This document shows positions 42,222 through 45,251 of a stretch of 45,251 nucleotides of DNA, piece by piece (within the stretch, counting starts at the first letter, position 1; each line of letters begins with the position of its first letter). The notes beneath the pieces were generated by a model. It was not told where the DNA came from. It did no database searches and saw nothing but the letters and a program-made list of their open reading frames with translations. A program made the position numbers and the translations under genes. The stretch is from Escherichia phage K1E. Location of the stretch: sequence record NC_007637.1; one strand, written 5' to 3'.

Positions 42222-44657
42222 ATGATTCAAAGACTAGGTTCTTCATTAGTTAAATTCAAGAGTAAAATAGCAGGTGCAATCTGGCGTAACTTGGATGACA
42301 AGCTCACCGAGGTTGTATCGCTTAAAGATTTTGGAGCCAAAGGTGATGGTAAGACAAACGACCAAGATGCAGTAAATGCAGCGATGGCTTCAGGTAAGAG
42401 AATTGACGGTGCTGGTGCTACTTACAAAGTATCATCTTTACCTGATATGGAGCGATTCTATAACACCCGCTTCGTATGGGAACGTTTAGCAGGTCAACCT
42501 CTTTACTATGTGAGTAAAGGTTTTATCAATGGTGAACTCTATAAAATCACGGATAACCCTTATTACAATGCTTGGCCTCAAGACAAAGCGTTTGTATATG
42601 AGAACGTGATATATGCACCTTACATGGGTAGCGACCGTCATGGTGTTAGTCGTCTGCATGTATCATGGGTTAAGTCTGGTGACGATGGTCAAACATGGTC
42701 TACTCCAGAGTGGTTAACTGATATGCATCCAGATTACCCTACAGTGAACTATCATTGTATGAGTATGGGTGTATGTCGCAACCGTCTGTTTGCCATGATT
42801 GAAACACGTACTTTAGCCAAGAACGAACTAACCAATTGTGCATTGTGGGATCGCCCTATGTCTCGTAGTCTGCATCTTACTGGTGGTATCACTAAGGCTG
42901 CAAATCAGAGATATGCAACAATCCATGTACCTGATCACGGACTCTTCGTTGGTGATTTTGTTAACTTCTCTAACTCTGCGGTAACAGGTGTATCTGGTGA
43001 TATGAAGGTTGCAACAGTAATAGATAAGGACAACTTCACGGTTCTTACACCTAACCAGCAGACTTCAGATTTGAATAACGCTGGAAAGAATTGGCACATG
43101 GGTACTTCTTTCCATAAGTCTCCGTGGCGTAAGACAGATCTTGGTCTAATCCCTCGTGTCACAGAGGTGCATAGCTTTGCTACTATTGATAACAATGGCT
43201 TTGTTATGGGCTATCATCAAGGTGATGTAGCTCCACGAGAAGTTGGGCTTTTCTACTTCCCTGATGCTTTCAATAGCCCATCTAATTATGTTCGTCGTCA
43301 GATACCATCTGAGTATGAACCAGATGCGGCAGAGCCATGCATCAAGTACTATGACGGTGTATTATACCTTATCACTCGTGGTACTCGTGGCGACCGACTA
43401 GGAAGCTCTCTGCATCGTAGTAGAGATATAGGTCAGACTTGGGAGTCACTAAGATTTCCACATAATGTGCATCATACTACTTTACCGTTTGCTAAGGTAG
43501 GAGATGACCTTATTATGTTTGGTTCAGAACGTGCAGAAAATGAATGGGAAGCAGGTGCACCAGATGATCGTTACAAGGCATCTTATCCTCGTACCTTCTA
43601 TGCACGATTGAATGTAAACAATTGGAATGCAGATGATATTGAATGGGTTAACATCACAGACCAAATCTATCAGGGTGACATTGTGAACTCTAGTGTAGGT
43701 GTAGGTTCTGTTGTAGTTAAAGACAGCTTCATTTACTATATCTTTGGTGGTGAAAACCATTTCAACCCAATGACTTATGGTGACAACAAAGACAAAGACC
43801 CATTTAAAGGTCATGGACACCCTACTGATATATACTGCTATAAGATGCAGATTGCAAATGACAATCGTGTATCTCGTAAGTTTACATATGGTGCAACTCC
43901 AGGTCAAGCTATACCTACTTTCATGGGTACTGATGGAATACGAAATATCCCTGCACCTTTGTATTTCTCAGATAACATTGTTACAGAGGATACTAAAGTT
44001 GGACACTTAACACTTAAAGCAAGCACAAGTGCCAATATACGATCTGAAATGCAGATGGAAGGTGAGTATGGCTTTATTGGCAAGTCTGTTCCAAAGGACA
44101 AACCAACAGGTCAACGTTTGATTATTTGTGGTGGAGAAAGGACTTCATCATCTTCAGGTGCACAGATAACTTTGCACGGTTCTAATTCAAGTAAGGCTAA
44201 GCGTATCACTTATAACGGAAACGAGCACCTATTCCAAGGTGCACCAATCATGCCTGCTGTAGATAACCAGTTTGCTGCTGGTGGACCTAGTAACCGATTC
44301 ACTACCATCTACCTAGGCAGTGACCCTGTTACAACTTCAGATGCTGACCACAAGTACGGTATCTCTAGTATTAATACCAAGGTGTTAAAGGCTTGGAGCA
44401 GGGTTGGTTTTAAACAGTATGGTTTGAATAGTGAAGCAGAGAGGAACCTTGATAGCATACACTTCGGTGTCTTGGCTCAGGATATTGTAGCTGCTTTTGA
44501 AGCTGAAGGGTTGGATGCCATTAAGTATGGAATTGTGTCCTTCGAAGAAGGTAGGTATGGTGTGAGATATAGTGAAGTTCTAATCCTAGAGGCTGCCTAT
44601 ACTCGCCATCGTCTTGATAAATTAGAGGAGATGTATGCCACTAATAAAATCAGTTAA
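42222..44657 (+). CDS. Tailspike endosialidase (endo-N-acetylneuraminidase) with C-terminal intramolecular chaperone domain (811 aa)
   Basis: AAGGAGG RBS; sialidase Asp-boxes SGDDGQTW and SRDIGQTW; C-terminal region (about 44300..44657) resembles tailspike chaperone (S74-type) domains; overall sequence recognised from memory as K1-phage endosialidase. Confidence 0.8.
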   Translation: MIQRLGSSLVKFKSKIAGAIWRNLDDKLTEVVSLKDFGAKGDGKTNDQDAVNAAMASGKRIDGAGATYKVSSLPDMERFYNTRFVWERLAGQPLYYVSKGFINGELYKITDNPYYNAWPQDKAFVYENVIYAPYMGSDRHGVSRLHVSWVKSGDDGQTWSTPEWLTDMHPDYPTVNYHCMSMGVCRNRLFAMIETRTLAKNELTNCALWDRPMSRSLHLTGGITKAANQRYATIHVPDHGLFVGDFVNFSNSAVTGVSGDMKVATVIDKDNFTVLTPNQQTSDLNNAGKNWHMGTSFHKSPWRKTDLGLIPRVTEVHSFATIDNNGFVMGYHQGDVAPREVGLFYFPDAFNSPSNYVRRQIPSEYEPDAAEPCIKYYDGVLYLITRGTRGDRLGSSLHRSRDIGQTWESLRFPHNVHHTTLPFAKVGDDLIMFGSERAENEWEAGAPDDRYKASYPRTFYARLNVNNWNADDIEWVNITDQIYQGDIVNSSVGVGSVVVKDSFIYYIFGGENHFNPMTYGDNKDKDPFKGHGHPTDIYCYKMQIANDNRVSRKFTYGATPGQAIPTFMGTDGIRNIPAPLYFSDNIVTEDTKVGHLTLKASTSANIRSEMQMEGEYGFIGKSVPKDKPTGQRLIICGGERTSSSSGAQITLHGSNSSKAKRITYNGNEHLFQGAPIMPAVDNQFAAGGPSNRFTTIYLGSDPVTTSDADHKYGISSINTKVLKAWSRVGFKQYGLNSEAERNLDSIHFGVLAQDIVAAFEAEGLDAIKYGIVSFEEGRYGVRYSEVLILEAAYTRHRLDKLEEMYATNKIS

Positions 44658-44963
44658 GCAATCTGCTGCACGCCAGAACACATAAGAACTTATACAATCA
44701 GGACGTGACCCTAAGCAGGCATACGCCATTGCCAAGGATGTACAACGTCGTGCCATGAAGAAACCTTCTGCATCTTCTGCGTAAGCAGGTTAATATCTTA
44801 GTGTACACAAGGGCAGACTTAGGTTTGCTCTTAGTGTAATCCAAGGAGGTAACATGCAAGAGGAGAATTGGGATGTGTAATGTTGGATATGGAGAAGGTT
44901 GAACCTCAGTGTTGTACAAGGATTAACCAAAGTAAAAATTTTGATATAGGCGTGTGTCAGCTC

Positions 44964-45251
44964 TCTCGCCCTCGCCCTCGCCGGATTTTCCCCATATGGG
45001 GCCGCGCTGCGGTTGGCTTGGGGATTGGGCTAGGCTGGGCCGTCTTCAACCTGCTGCCGCAGGAAGCTCGATGGGTTGGCTGAGGGTTGCCGAGGGCTGC
45101 GCTTAGTGGTACACAAGTAGAACGCCTAGGAAGCGCTAGGGCACGCCTTAGTGTTGGACAAGGTGATTGCCTTAGTGCAACCGTTTAGGGCTTACACAGG
45201 CCGTTTTAGGGCAATTCCTGAGTGTTTGACAGGGTGTGAGGGTGTGGGCTA
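44964..45251. repeat. Right direct terminal repeat (288 bp)
   Basis: Copy of 1..288 running to the last base of the window; matched by eye over the visible stretches. Confidence 0.85.

Noticed and set aside
44637-44787. Short ORFs downstream of the tailspike gene
   Set aside because: Each is broken by stop codons into pieces under 35 codons with no convincing RBS; the region is more likely non-coding sequence leading into the right-end repeats.
1-45251. tRNA or other structured RNA genes
   Set aside because: No cloverleaf-like candidates were seen by eye, and T7-like phages of this size usually encode none; a tRNAscan-type search would be needed to exclude them.

Overview
The window reads as a complete linear genome (45,251 bp) of a T7-supergroup podophage of the SP6-like type, bounded by 288-bp direct terminal repeats (1..288 and 44964..45251). 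All supportable genes are on the + strand, in the usual order: early genes, single-subunit RNA polymerase, DNA replication genes, then structural, lysis and packaging genes. At least ten strong SP6-type phage promoters (core ATTTAC(T/C)GGACACTATAG) are present. The last gene encodes a tailspike with sialidase Asp-boxes and a C-terminal chaperone domain, which from memory matches the endosialidase of K1-capsule-specific coliphages (K1E/K1-5 group); this identification is recollection, not a database result. The main finding is that the terminase large-subunit gene is split by a roughly 755-nt insertion that carries group I intron core elements and a GIY-YIG homing endonuclease ORF. Other observations include a palindromic hairpin family (GTCTCAC-NN-GTGAGAC), candidate replication origins next to promoters, repeated structured elements between early genes, an Ocr-like acidic early protein, and acidic aromatic-terminated tails on three replication proteins. 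No searches, folding or alignments could be run; protein similarities are from motif recognition and memory. The supplied ORF track often begins at non-ATG codons, so several starts were moved to the nearest ATG (or GTG/TTG) with a Shine-Dalgarno sequence, and ORFs under 60 aa were added by eye.
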